Source: Macrostomum lignano
Lineage: Eukaryota
DNA: 64,000 nt
Reading direction: 5' to 3'
NCBI GenBank assembly: GCA_002269645.1
Contig: NIVC01001275.1
Span: forward strand, 124,001 to 188,000
Positions 49,548 through 61,000 of this stretch are shown here, in pieces. Made by a program: the position numbers and the translations under genes. How positions within the stretch are numbered: position 1 is the first letter of the stretch; each line of letters begins with the position of its first letter. The notes beneath the pieces are model-generated. The model was not told where the DNA came from, searched no databases, and saw nothing but the letters and a program-made list of their open reading frames with translations.

Positions 49548-50298
49548 ACGAATACTAAAGCACTATATTTGGGCCACCCTCTCCCAGTTTTTATTGGCTC
49601 CGAGCATTTTGTCTATGGTCAAAGCCTACAGATCTGACGAGTTACCGCAAAAAAATCATATGGTGTTCAATAGAAAGCACAGATGCAATAACTAATGGAT
49701 ATGTCACTCGCAAGTAAAGTTGTGAAAAAGTACAGCGTCTACTTTTTTTCAGTAGTTTGTCTGCGCAGCGCCACTTAAATTTAATGTGGCAGCTAAAATC
49801 TCCTTTCCTTCCTAGTTTATGACCTCAAAGAATATGGGGGTTAGGAATCAACAATAGGCATTTAACTCGATGTACACAAGTAAGCACCCAATCCAGCTCA
49901 GCCAATGAGAGAGCAGTAAGTAGAGAGATCAGAGTTAGATGGACGAAACTGAGACTAGGGAAAGACAGGCCCAATCTCGCTCAGCCAATGAGAGAGCTGT
50001 AAAGAGAGAAGTCAGAGTCAGAAGTCAAAGTCAAGCAAAGTTGGCAAGAGGAAAGCCAAAATTTTTATCGGCCTGGCTGGGGCACCAACCCCGTTTCTCT
50101 ATACACACAAACTGGATTTGGGTTTTTCAAGTTTTCCTGAAATCTTCAATCTTAAATTCATAATTCATTTCTTTGTAAATAATTTCGAGTCTGAGGCATT
50201 CCTAGAAGTCCGCTTTTAAAAAACGCTAATTTTACTACTGAAAAAGAGTAGACAAGCGCATTTTTTCGACATACATAACTAGTTATTCTAGTATCTGC
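49548..50298. mobile_element. Second, more degenerate member of the MITE family at 9647-10085
   Basis: Right end aactagttattctagtatctg matches the family TIR; internal inverted pair tctactttttttcagtagt / actactgaaaaagagtaga. Confidence 0.55.
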
Positions 50299-50408
50299 GA
50301 TCGAAAATAGGTTAAAAAATCAGATACATTTATCGAGTGGCTCATCCAGTACTTTAGTTAAGATCTGAGATCCAGTCCGTCGCATAGCTCGTTATCTAAG
50401 ACTCTTCC

Positions 50409-50639
50409 TCAGCTGATTCGTTCAATCGACATGCTGGTCATGTGCTTGGCGCAGGCCACTTGGCAGTTGCTGCGAAAGCTGACCTTGTCATTGGCTGACA
50501 GATCAAGCAGCTCGTAGAAGTTGCAGAACTGGTACTTGCTGTTGTTCTTGAAGCACCGGAGATTCCTGTTGTTATGCAGCTCAATGGAAGCGCTCATGTT
50601 GCCACAAGCTGTATTATTACATGTGGTGTGACACGCTAT
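50409..50639 (-). CDS. TNF-like type II membrane protein, exon 3 (stop)
   Basis: ctcactcgcag|ATA GCG: IACHTTCNNTACGNMSASIELHNNRNLRCFKNNSKYQFCNFYELLDLSANDKVSFRSNCQVACAKHMTSMSIERIS*; phase 0. Confidence 0.7.
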   Translation of the reverse strand: MACHTTCNNTACGNMSASIELHNNRNLRCFKNNSKYQFCNFYELLDLSANDKVSFRSNCQVACAKHMTSMSIERIS

Positions 50640-50940
50640 CTGCGAGTGAGATGGTGAAGATTGGGAATATTTTTGCACTGCGCTTACTGCTAATCGGTAT
50701 CGTAGAAAAAGAAATTTGAACGAATGGTCAATCGATTTCGACGGTAAAGGGATATCTAATCTCTCTGGGAATTTGCTAATCTATATCCTACAAACAGGAA
50801 GCAATACAATGGATTGCTAAGCTAATCTATAGCCTACAAACAGGAGGCAATACAATGGATTGCTAATCTATATCCTACAAACAGGAAGCAATACAATGGA
50901 TTGCTAATCTAGTCCATATGCACAGAACATTGGCATTCAC

Positions 50941-51132
50941 TTGAGCGGTGATGCGGAAGCTCCCGCTCAGCAGAACTCGTACAGAACTGTTTTGCTCCAG
51001 TCGATACGAGGGACCCAAGCTCGAGTCGAGTCGCTCGCCCAGCGGCAGACGGCAGTCGGAACCGTCCGGGCAGGAGTACAGCTGGCCGCTCGCGCTGTTA
51101 GGGCAGGGCAGCACGACAAGACTGATTAGGTC
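50941..51132 (-). CDS. TNF-like type II membrane protein, exon 2
   Basis: ctcgcag|GAC CTA ... GCT CAA|gtgaat; 192 nt, phase 0/0; ends SVRVLLSGSFRITAQ. Confidence 0.72.
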
Positions 51133-51664
51133 CTGCGAGCAATGAGGGTGTTTAGCGCACTTATAGTGTAGATAGCGTGTAAATATTAATTTACACGCAT
51201 GCTCTTACACTCCATTTTAAATTTACTCTGAAAATTCTCAAACTACTGATCGAATACGCTGGTCCTTCTTGCCACGACAACTCAGAAGCCCATCTTCAGC
51301 CATGACATTTCAAAACTTCCGCTTAAGCCTTGCCGTCTCAGCAGCAACTCCCCATTGAGCCATTTAGTTTTTAGTTACAGCCACGGGCTGTGTGCACCGT
51401 GCCTTTTTGCACTTTTAGCGACATTTGTCGCACAACCGGCGAGAGGCATTACCCTTCTGTCAGCTCACCTGAGCAGAAGCGCGCGGAAACGTACATGTGT
51501 ACACATTCATAGGACAGGCACACTCACACAGGAGTGTACAGCGGCTCTAACTTTATTTATCGTTAGGCATGTACACTTTACTATGCCAATTAGGGGTTGG
51601 CCCACAAGGCCCTCAAAGCTCGTAATTGCACGAACAGACCCAAGCCGAGATTCCACTATCCACT

Positions 51665-52525
51665 GCAATTGAACCTCAGCAACTCCCCATTGAGTCATTG
51701 AACCACAGCAACTCCCCACTGAACCACAGCAACTCCCCACTGAACCTCAGCAACTCCCCATTAAACCACAGCAACTCCCCATTGAGTCATTGAACCACAG
51801 CAACTCCCCACTGAACCACAGCAACTCCCCACTGAACCTCAGCAACTCCCCATTAAACCACAGCAACTCCCCATTGAACCTCAGCAACTCCCTATTAAAT
51901 CTCAGCAACTCCCCATTGAACCTCAGCAACTCCCTATTAAATCTCAGCAACTCCCCATTGAGCCATTGAACCACAGCAACTCCCCATTGAGCCATTGAAC
52001 CTCAGCAACTCCCCATTGAGCCTCAGCAACTCCCTATTAAACCTCAGCAACTCCCCATTGAGCCTCAGCAACTCCCTATTAAACCTCAGCAATTCCCCAT
52101 TGAACCTCAGCAACTCCCTATTGAACCTCAGCAACTCCTTATTGAACCACAGCAACTCCCTATTGAACCACAGCAACTCCCTATTGAACCACAGCAACTC
52201 CCTATTGAACCTCAGCAACTCCCCATTGAGCCTCAGCAACTCCCCATTGAGCCTCAGCAACTCCCCATTGAACCTCAGCAACTCCCCATTGAACCTCAGC
52301 AACTCCCCATTGAGCCTCAGCAACTCCCCATTGAGCCTCAGCAACTCCCCATTGAACCTCAGCAACTCCCCATTGAACCTCAGCAACTCCCCATTGAACC
52401 TCAGCAACTCCCCATTGAGCCTCAGCAACTCCCCATTGAACCACAGCAACTCCCTATTGAACCTCAGCAACTCCCCATTGAGCCTCAGCAACTCCCCATT
52501 GAGCCTCAGCAACTCCCCATTGAGC
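51665..52525. repeat. 21-bp minisatellite (cagcaactccccattgaacct), about 40 copies, in intron 1 of the TNF-like gene
   Basis: Direct reading; some units carry an 8-nt gagtcatt/gagccatt insert. Confidence 0.95.
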
Positions 52526-52549
52526 TAAGGCAACACTTGAATGACTCGC

Positions 52550-52726
52550 CTGCCGGCTCGCAGCCGAGGGTCTCAGCCAAGTCCAACCTACGCTGCACTC
52601 CAGCCCGACAACAAACAGGCAAGTGACGAAACACTGCAGCAGCGGCAGCACTAGCAGGCGACAGCGGCACTTGCTGATCTCCTCGGCATTGTCGTACAGC
52701 TGCTCGGGATTGGTGTTGGGCTCCAT
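52550..52726 (-). CDS. TNF-like type II membrane protein, exon 1 (short N-tail plus TM helix)
   Basis: MEPNTNPEQLYDNAEEISKCRCRLLVLPLLQCFVTCLFVVGLECSVGWTWLRPSAASRQ|gcgagt; 177 nt, phase 0, GC donor. Confidence 0.65.
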
Positions 52727-53547
52727 CTGAGCTGTCTGTGTCAAGAATTCGCACTGCAAGAAAGCTGTTAACTCCCAGGCCCCAGCGCAATGCAGAGCCA
52801 AGCTGCAATACTTGCCTGTTTAAATATAGGGCCAGCAATTACCGCAAGGTGTGCCCGCATGGCAACTGGCAACAGGAAGTCACACTTAAGACCTGTACTG
52901 TATTAGCAATTACTCGTAACCTTATCCAAGATGCTACTTTGGATCATGTAGATAGCAGTCGAGAGAAGCGAAGTTCGCTTGGCGAATTTCAATTTGCATC
53001 ATCAAGTTGTTTAATGCGCATTGTAAATTCTTCTTTGATTTGGGTCAGCGGAGTGACGTAACTACCAAAGGCATATTCGCAAGACTTACAGATTTTTATA
53101 TCGTGACGACGCTTTTAAGATATATTATGATTTCATATGCAGACAAAAAGTTCACATTATCAATAACTTGCTTTCACATGTCCAACTGGAACTGCTAGTA
53201 ATGAGTAATTAACTTGGCTGCATATTGCAACGGTGACACCCGGAGGAGCAGCACAGAGACTAAACCCGAATCGCCAGTTAAAAAAACACGCGCACATCTA
53301 AACACAAAATTTACTCAATTACAATAGACATATTTTACATTTAAGCTACATAATATTATTATCAAATAATGCAAGCAAAACGGGGCACGCGTACAATAAA
53401 AAACTGCCTATGCATTTAAATATTTTGCAGCATACTCTACTCAGTGCAGTAGTAGTACTTGTAGCTCATCAATGAAAATTAACGACATAAAAAGCGAGAG
53501 CCAGGAAAAGGAAACAACAGCAACATCAGGGATGTGTTGTGTTCTTC

Positions 53548-54425
53548 TTAGTAACCGGGCGGCGGCGGCGGCGGCGGCGGCAGTCGCATTCCGTGGCCGC
53601 CGTAGCCGCCGACACCTGGCGGAGGCGGCAGCCAGGACTGCGACGGAGGCCGCGGCGGCGGGAAGCGCGGCCGGGACGGCGCCGCTCGCCACGCCGGACC
53701 GGCCGACGAGCCCGGCGGCGGCGGTGGAGGCGGCGGATGCCGGTTCCCGGGCTGAAACGGCGGGCCGTGCCAGTTGCGCGGCCCACCAGGACCGGCTCCG
53801 TAGCCTGGATGGTGCTGCTGCTGATGATGCTGCTGCTGATGATGCTGCGGCCCGGCAATGGCCAGAGGCGGCCGGGGCTGTCCGCCATAGTAGGACGGCC
53901 TGCCGTATCCGCCCTGCGGCGGGCCGAAGTTGCGCGGCGGCGGCCCTCCCCCGCCAGAAGCGGAGAATCCGCCAGACGGCGTCGGCGCCGGAAAGCGCCG
54001 AGGCCCCGGGCCGCTGCCGCCAGCACCGAAGCTGCTGGTTGCTACCGACGCGGCGGTGTACGTTGAATTGGCTGACGCAGCAGTGGAGGACGAGGCTGTA
54101 CTGACGCCGAGCTCCTGCATGAGAGCCGAGTACTCGCTGTCCATCTCCTTCTGCTGATGTTGGGCGCCAGGGCCTCCGCCGCCGCTGCCAGGCCCGCCTG
54201 CGTTATCGCTGCCGCCGCCGCCGCGTGGTGCCCGACAATCCTTGGCGAGATGGCCGGCGCCGCCGCAGTTGGTGCAGACAATCTGGTTGGTGATGATGTC
54301 GGAGGCTTCGGCCAGCTGGCGCAGTTTAGCCAGGCCTTCGTCTTCGCGCAGGGTGCCGTTGAACAGGGCCAGCTCGCGGAGCTGCTTCCGCCTCAGTTCG
54401 TTGTTCTCCTCCGGCTGCTCGATGC
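53548..54425 (-). CDS. SF1: Splicing factor 1 (branch-point binding protein), exon 5: QUA2, CCHC knuckle, Pro-rich tail
   Basis: (G)IEQPEENNELRRKQLRELALFNGTLRE...CTNCGGAGHLAKDC...MDSEYSALMQELG...PPPPGY*. Confidence 0.94.
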
Positions 54426-54479
54426 CTGAGGGCGGGGATGAGCGGAGCGGCGCCCCGGGGATGACTGCTTGCTTGGTGC

Positions 54480-55608
54480 ATCAAATCCGCCCCTATTTCA
54501 GACGTTTAATCTATCAAATCCGCCCCTATTTCAGACGTTCAATCTATCAAATCCGCCCCTATTTCAGACGTTCAATCTATCAAATCCGCCCCTATTTCAG
54601 ACGTTCAATCTATCAAATCCGCCCTTATCTCAGACGTTCAGTCTATCAAATCCGCCCCTATCTCAGGTGTTCAGTCTATCAAATCCGCCCTTATCTCAGA
54701 CGTTCAATCTATCAAATCCGCCCTTATCTCAGACGTTCAATCTATCAAATCCGCCCTTATCTCAGACGTTCAATCTATCAAATCCGCCCCTATCTCAGAC
54801 GTTCAATCTATCAAATCCGCCCTTATCTCAGACGTTCAATCTATCAAATCCGCCCTTATCTCAGACGTTCAGTCTATCAAATCCGCCCCTATCTCAGGTG
54901 TTCAGTCTATCAAATCCGCCCCTATCTCAGGTGTTCAGTCTATCAAATCCGCCCCTATCTCAGCTGTTCAGTCTATCAAATCCGCCCCTATCTCAGGTGT
55001 TCAGTCTATCAAATCCGCCCCATATCAGGTGTTCAATCTATCAAATCCGCCCCTATCTCAGGTGTTCAGTCTATCAAATCCGCCCCACATCAGGTGTTCA
55101 ATCTATCAAATCCGCCCCTATTTCAGGTGTTCAGTCTATCAAATCCGCCCCATATCAGGTGTTCAGTCTATCAAATCCGCCCCTATTTCAGGTGTTCAGT
55201 CTATCAAATCCGCCCCATATCAGGTGTTCAGTCTATCAAATCCGCCCCATATCAGGTGTTCAGTCTATCAAATCCGCCCCTATTTCAGACGTTCAATCTA
55301 TCAAATCCGCCCCTATTTCAGGTGTTCAGTCTATCAAATCCGCCACTATCTCAGGTGTTCAATCTATCAAATCCGCCCCTATCTCAGGTGTTCATTCTAT
55401 CAAATCCGCCCCTATCTCAGGTGTTCATTCTATCAAATCCACCCCTATCTCAGGTGTTCAGTCCATCAAATCCACCCCTATCTCAGACGTTCAATCTATC
55501 AAATCCGCCCCTACCTCAGATGTTGAGTCTATCAAATCCGCCACTATTTCAGGTGTTCATTCTATCAAATCCACCCCTATCTCAGGTGTTCAGTCCATCA
55601 AATCCACC
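54480..55608. repeat. 32-33-bp minisatellite (tcagacgttcaatctatcaaatccgcccctatt), about 34 copies, in SF1 intron 4
   Basis: Direct reading. Confidence 0.95.
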
Positions 55609-55685
55609 CTAGCTTCTAAACTTAGCCTGTCAAATCAGGCCCTATTTTAAGTGCTAAGTCTATAAAATGCGATAGCTCAACTCAC

Positions 55686-55808
55686 CCTGCTTAATAATGG
55701 CCCGGATCTTTTCGATGGCATTGCGCACACTGTCGGAAGACATCGAGGTGACGTACGCGTGCAGATCGTCGTCTTCGCCGGGCATTTTTGTGCCGTCGCG
55801 AATTTTTC
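55686..55808 (-). CDS. SF1: SF1 exon 4 (KH C-terminal half)
   Basis: (G)KIRDGTKMPGEDDDLHAYVTSMSSDSVRNAIEKIRAIIKQ(G)|gtgagt; 123 nt. Confidence 0.93.
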
Positions 55809-55951
55809 CTAAATTTTGGACGAACAAAAATGTTTATAATGCTACTTGTACGAGAGAAAAAAGTAGTATCGTTAGCATATGAGTTAACAGGGCAAAAACC
55901 ATTAATTAAAATCTAATAAAGACAAGGAACAATCCAAACGCGCGGCCTCAC

Positions 55952-56090
55952 CTTCTTTCACGCTGCCTTTGCCCCGAATAATTATCCGGCAGTTGGTCTC
56001 GCGCTCGAGATTCTTCAGCGTGTTGCCGCGCGGTCCAATGATTAGGCCCACAAAATTCACGTCCGGGTGCTCCTCCTGAGGTATGTAGAT
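55952..56090 (-). CDS. SF1: SF1 exon 3 (KH GxxG loop)
   Basis: [46 protein letters not shown](G)|gtgagg; 139 nt. Confidence 0.96.
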
Positions 56091-56214
56091 CTGGGCAGAA
56101 GGTGGAGGTTAAAGACAAATTGCAGCGGTTATAACATTATGTTTACTCTAAGCAACTGCTAATTGGCATCGGACAGTGCTAGGGTTGGTAGAATGATGAA
56201 GAGAAGAGAAACTT

Positions 56215-56675
56215 GGAGAGAGGGTGAGAGGAGACATGAGGACAGACAGGAGAGATGGTGAGATGAGACATGAGGACAGACAGGAGAGAGGGGGAGAGGA
56301 GACATGAGGACAGACAGGAGAGAGGGTGAGATGAGACATGAGGACAGACAGGAGAGAGGGGGAGAGGAGACATGAGGACAGACAGGAGAGAGGGTGAGAG
56401 GAGACATGAGGACAGACAGGAGAGAGGGTGAGATGAGACATCAAAACAGAAAGGAGAGAGGGGGAGATGAGACATGAGGACAGACAGGAGAGAGGGTGAG
56501 AGGAGACATGAGGACAGACAGGAGAGAGGGTGAGATGAGACATCAAAAAAGAAAGGAGAGAGGGGGAGATGAGACATGAGAACAGACAGGAGAGAGGGTG
56601 AGATGAGACATGAGAACAGACAGGAGAGAGGGTGAGATGAGACATGAGGACAGACAGGAGAGAGGGTAAGGAGAC
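56215..56675. repeat. 34-bp purine-rich minisatellite in SF1 intron 2
   Basis: gagacatgaggacagacaggagagagggtgagat, about 13 copies. Confidence 0.92.
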
Positions 56676-56745
56676 ATAAGGATCGGCATATCCAGCAGAC
56701 AAGAAGCACAAGGTAGGAAAAAGGAACATCACAGCTGTGCCGAAC

Positions 56746-57059
56746 CTTTTCCGTGACCTTCACAGTCGGCGGCTTGTAGTCGCTGGGCGGCTTATAATCC
56801 GGATTGAGCTCCAGCACCTCCTGTATGAGCTTGTGGCGCAGTTCCTCCATCTTACGCTTGGTCCTGTACTCGCGCGTGTTCAACCGCTTGCCATCGGAGC
56901 CGTAGATGGGCTCCGGGCTGGGGCTCCGCCTAGACGGGTCGGTCGGTATGCCCAGATCGCCAGACCGCAGCTTCCTAGTGATGTCCTCAATTTGGATCTG
57001 GTTGATGTACTGCTTCTCCTTGTCCGGGTCCATGTTCGACGGGACTATGGTGGGCATGC
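56746..57059 (-). CDS. SF1: SF1 exon 2 (helix-hairpin, SPSP motif)
   Basis: (G)MPTIVPSNMD...RRSPSPEPIYGSDGKRLNTREYRTKRKMEE...PDYKPPSDYKPPTVKVTEK|gttcgg; 314 nt. Confidence 0.96.
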
Positions 57060-57224
57060 CTGGGCGGGCGAAAAATAGCATAATATAATAGTAATAATAT
57101 TAATAACAATAATGATAATAATAATAATAATAGAATTAATAACTATAATTCATATTACACCTGACCTAATGGGCAGATATGTAACCCACAGCTCAGCCGC
57201 AGCTGCCTAACCAGCAGATGCCTA

Positions 57225-57788
57225 ATATGGGATCTGAGATCCCTAATCCGGGGATCTGATATGCCTAATATGGGGATCTATCTGAGATGTCTAATATTGG
57301 ATCTGAGATGACTAATATGGGATCTGAGATGACTAATATAGGATCTGAGATGACTAATATGGGGATCTGAGATGTCTAATATGGGATCTATCTGAGATGT
57401 CTAATATGGGATCTGAGATGTCTAATATTGGATCTGAGATGACTAATATGGGATCTGAGATGACTAATATGGGATCTGAGATGTCTAATATGGGGATCAG
57501 AGATGACTAATATGGGATCTGAGATGTCTAATATGGGGATTTGAGATGTCTAATATGGGATCTGAGATGACTAATATGGGATCTGAGATGACTAATATGG
57601 GATCTGAGATGTCTAATATGGGGATCTGAGATGACTAATATGGGATCTGAGATGTCTAATATAGGATTTGAGATGTCTAATATGGGATCTGAGATGACTA
57701 ATATGGGATCTGAGATGCCTAATATGGGGATCTGAGATGTCTAATGTGGGATCTGAGATGACTAATATGGGATCTGAGATGTCTAATT
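57225..57788. repeat. 21-22-bp minisatellite (atgggatctgagatgactaat) in SF1 intron 1
   Basis: Direct reading, about 26 copies. Confidence 0.94.
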
Positions 57789-57835
57789 TGGTATTACAGA
57801 TGGTGGCTTCAATGACAAACAGTCAATACCCTCAC

Positions 57836-58004
57836 CAGGAATTTGGATCTTCTCTTGATCATCGCCACCCCAGCGCCGTTTCCGGGCCCGCTTCCGCTCA
57901 ATCGCGCCATTGCTGTCGCTAGAAGCAGCAGCAGCAGCAGAAGCGGCGGCGGCATCAGTCGAGTTGCCTCCAGCAGACACGTCCTGGTTGCCGTTATCGA
58001 ACAT
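57836..58004 (-). CDS. SF1: SF1 first coding exon (U2AF ligand motif)
   Basis: MFDNGNQDVSAGGNS...RKRARKRRWGGDDQEKIQIP(G)|gtgagg. Five exons sum to 1623 nt (540 aa). The exact start ATG is less certain. Confidence 0.85.
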
Positions 58005-61000
58005 TTTTGCAGTCCAGATAGGCAAGAGTAAAGAGAGACACAGGGCTAGTGACAGTGCAAAGTTTTTTCAGTCTATGCAACTTGCTTTTTGGCTACTGCA
58101 ATGGTTAAACAGTTTTAATTTGCAGTAGGAAAATGAGGTAAAGAAATAATAAAGGACAATGTTGAAATAACTTGTGCTACTAGCTAGAAAGTATAGAACC
58201 CTATAATTAGCCTAACTTTAATGCAAAAATACAAGCCGATCAAATTTTCAAGAAACAACATTTTTAAATATATGATAAGTCCTTTTTCAGCTATGATATT
58301 ACTATGCCTAACTGGTTTTTATTAAATCTATAAAATTGTTTCACTGAAAGGGGGCAAAGACCAGTGTCTACCATGGCACTCTTAGATGCTAACAACCAGG
58401 GCTTGATTCAAGGTACTGTCATTAAAAAATTAAGGTAAAAGACTGACAATAAATAGTGAGGGTTGCTATATACTCCTGTGTGAATTTTTATATCTATACA
58501 CTAAATTTTGTACTGGCTCAAGAAAGTCAATGGAATCTGACAATGTTGCTTAAAGTGTACTAGGGTGTACACAGGCCCTAATACAATTTTTTGGATTTAT
58601 ATTTATTTTCTTGGTATAAATGGCATGAATCTAAATAAGGCTAAAATGTTAATGATACTTCTATACACTTTTTTATATAAAATTCTAAAAACACATTTTT
58701 CCAGCTTTTCTAGTTTTTAAAATAAAGGTTAAGATATAATAAAATATTTAACCCTAAAATATGTACTTGAGCAAGACTGAAAAAGTACAGAGGTCATTGC
58801 ATATACTTCAATCAAATTTAGCTATTAGCTTAGGAACATTTGCAAGTCAAAGAAAAACTAAAGTGCCTGCTTTTCTACTGATGTTATTCCATTGTTCAGT
58901 GTGAATGAGTTTAGAAGCCAGTTTCAACTGACACCTAGATGCTTTGAATTTCTAATACAAGAAATATATAATTATGGCTAGTTTAAAAATCAAGAGCATT
59001 CAAATAAGATCCCAATACGTTTCAAATTTGAGTCAATATATTTTTTTGCTATTAAAAAGCTCTTCAAAGGTTATGCAAAAAACTTTAATAAAGGCTACTG
59101 CCTACTATTTATATACCTGGACTATATGGGAATGAAAACAATTAGAATTCAAAGTATTATATAACCTTGGCATTGGAAAAGTCAATTAAATTGTGTATAG
59201 CATGTCAAGAAAAATTGTTCTAGCTTTGTCATAAATTTATATCAAGTGGCCAATAGTTATTGAAGCAACTGCTAATGCAAGAGAGCTTTTTACCCTAACC
59301 CTAACAGAATGATATAGGTTTCTAAATGTTCTTGGAGCATTATAAAATGCATTATGAAGTCTGTTTTTGAAAAAAGTGCAAGATTTCTGTATTTTCTATA
59401 TTAACTTTAATGGATTAATGCTTACTAATGATTAGCAGTTAGCTTTCTATTAACTTAATAAAATTAAGAGTTCATAAATTAAGACTTTTTGTTTTAATAG
59501 CACCACTTGCCATTAATGGAAATTAAGATTTGCATTAATGGTGCCCAATCTAAATATACTAAATAGTTACTACATTTATTGACTATGCAATAAAATAATA
59601 TCAATAGGCTTTACAATTGCAAGTTATAGCATAACCAAACCTTATATTTAGAGGATGCTCTGGCTAAATGCATGATGCTTATGTTTTTCAGTATAGTCCA
59701 CTGTCAGCCCAGATTATAGAAGAAAAACAATTTAAAAACAAATATATAGACTACACCTACTTAGAAATAGTGCATCCACTACTCAATAGTCCAATGACTC
59801 TATTTATTAATAATGGTAATTTAATTAACATGCAAAAATCTATAATAAATAACTAGCATCAACTAGACCAATTTGTATAACATACTTTTGGTCAGCTTAA
59901 CTCAAGGTTGTATAGGCTATGCTATTTCTATCAACATCATACTGATGATATTTGCTATATTATTGCTATTGCATATATATTGCACAATATTTGTATCATG
60001 AAAAATTAATTTCCTTTTGAAAATTTGATAACATTCAAGATGATACCATTGAGAAATTGTTTCAAAAGCAATTAGATAGACTGTGTAGTGAGTTACTAGT
60101 TTAGTTTAGGCATTATACTAGTTAGCAGTCCCTTACCCTTGCCCTAGATTGCTGTCTGCTACTAGATAATAGCCAGTGTCTTTCTCTTGCTCCTATCTGC
60201 CTCTTTTTGTCCTTGTTTGCCCTTTATGTCTTATGCTCCTGTTTGTAATGTCTAGACAGCTTGGTTTAGCCTGCTCTTGGCTTATTCTCTGGTAGTCTAG
60301 GTTTTTTGGGCCATACAGGGTTTTTTGGCCCCTTGAAAATCTCATTGGCAACTGGATTTTTGGCATCAGAGGCCAATCTGGCAACTTTATTTTCCTTGTG
60401 CCAGTTGCCAATTTAAAAAAAAAATTTCAAGTGTAATAAAAGTGCCATATGAATTAATATGATCATATGATAGAATTAATAGCTTGTTATTATTTGCAGC
60501 ATAGATAGCAATCTTAGAGTTAAGAGAACAAATTTCTGCTTTCAAATGTAGCCTTGGAAATATCTATCCTTAAGAATTTGGCTAGATGCCAATGGGCAAC
60601 CAAAAATAGCCATTGGCAACTAGATTTTGAGCCCCAAGGACTAGCTGGCAAGGACTAGCTGGCCCCAAGGACTAGCCTTAGAAAAAATCCAGATGGCAGT
60701 CACTAGTGCTTTGCTAGTAGACTCTATTTTCTAGTCTTAAGGTCACTAGTAGGCTAGTGGCTTTACTAGTAGGCATTTTTCCCTTGTCATGGGAGCCAGT
60801 CACACGACAAGGCCCTTTTGTCTTGTTAGTCCAAAGTACAATGATTTTATTACTGTATACTTGGCCTGTATATATAGTGGAAATAATGTGTACCAAGACC
60901 TATAGCTCCTCTGATGCAAACTATGTGGCAGTTGCTAAAAATAGCAATAGAATTATCAACTGTGTGCAATGGGGGTCTTGTTTACAATAGTGCAATTTCC

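Noticed and set aside
59288-59305. Telomere-like ccctaaccctaac
   Set aside because: Only about two units; compatible with chance.
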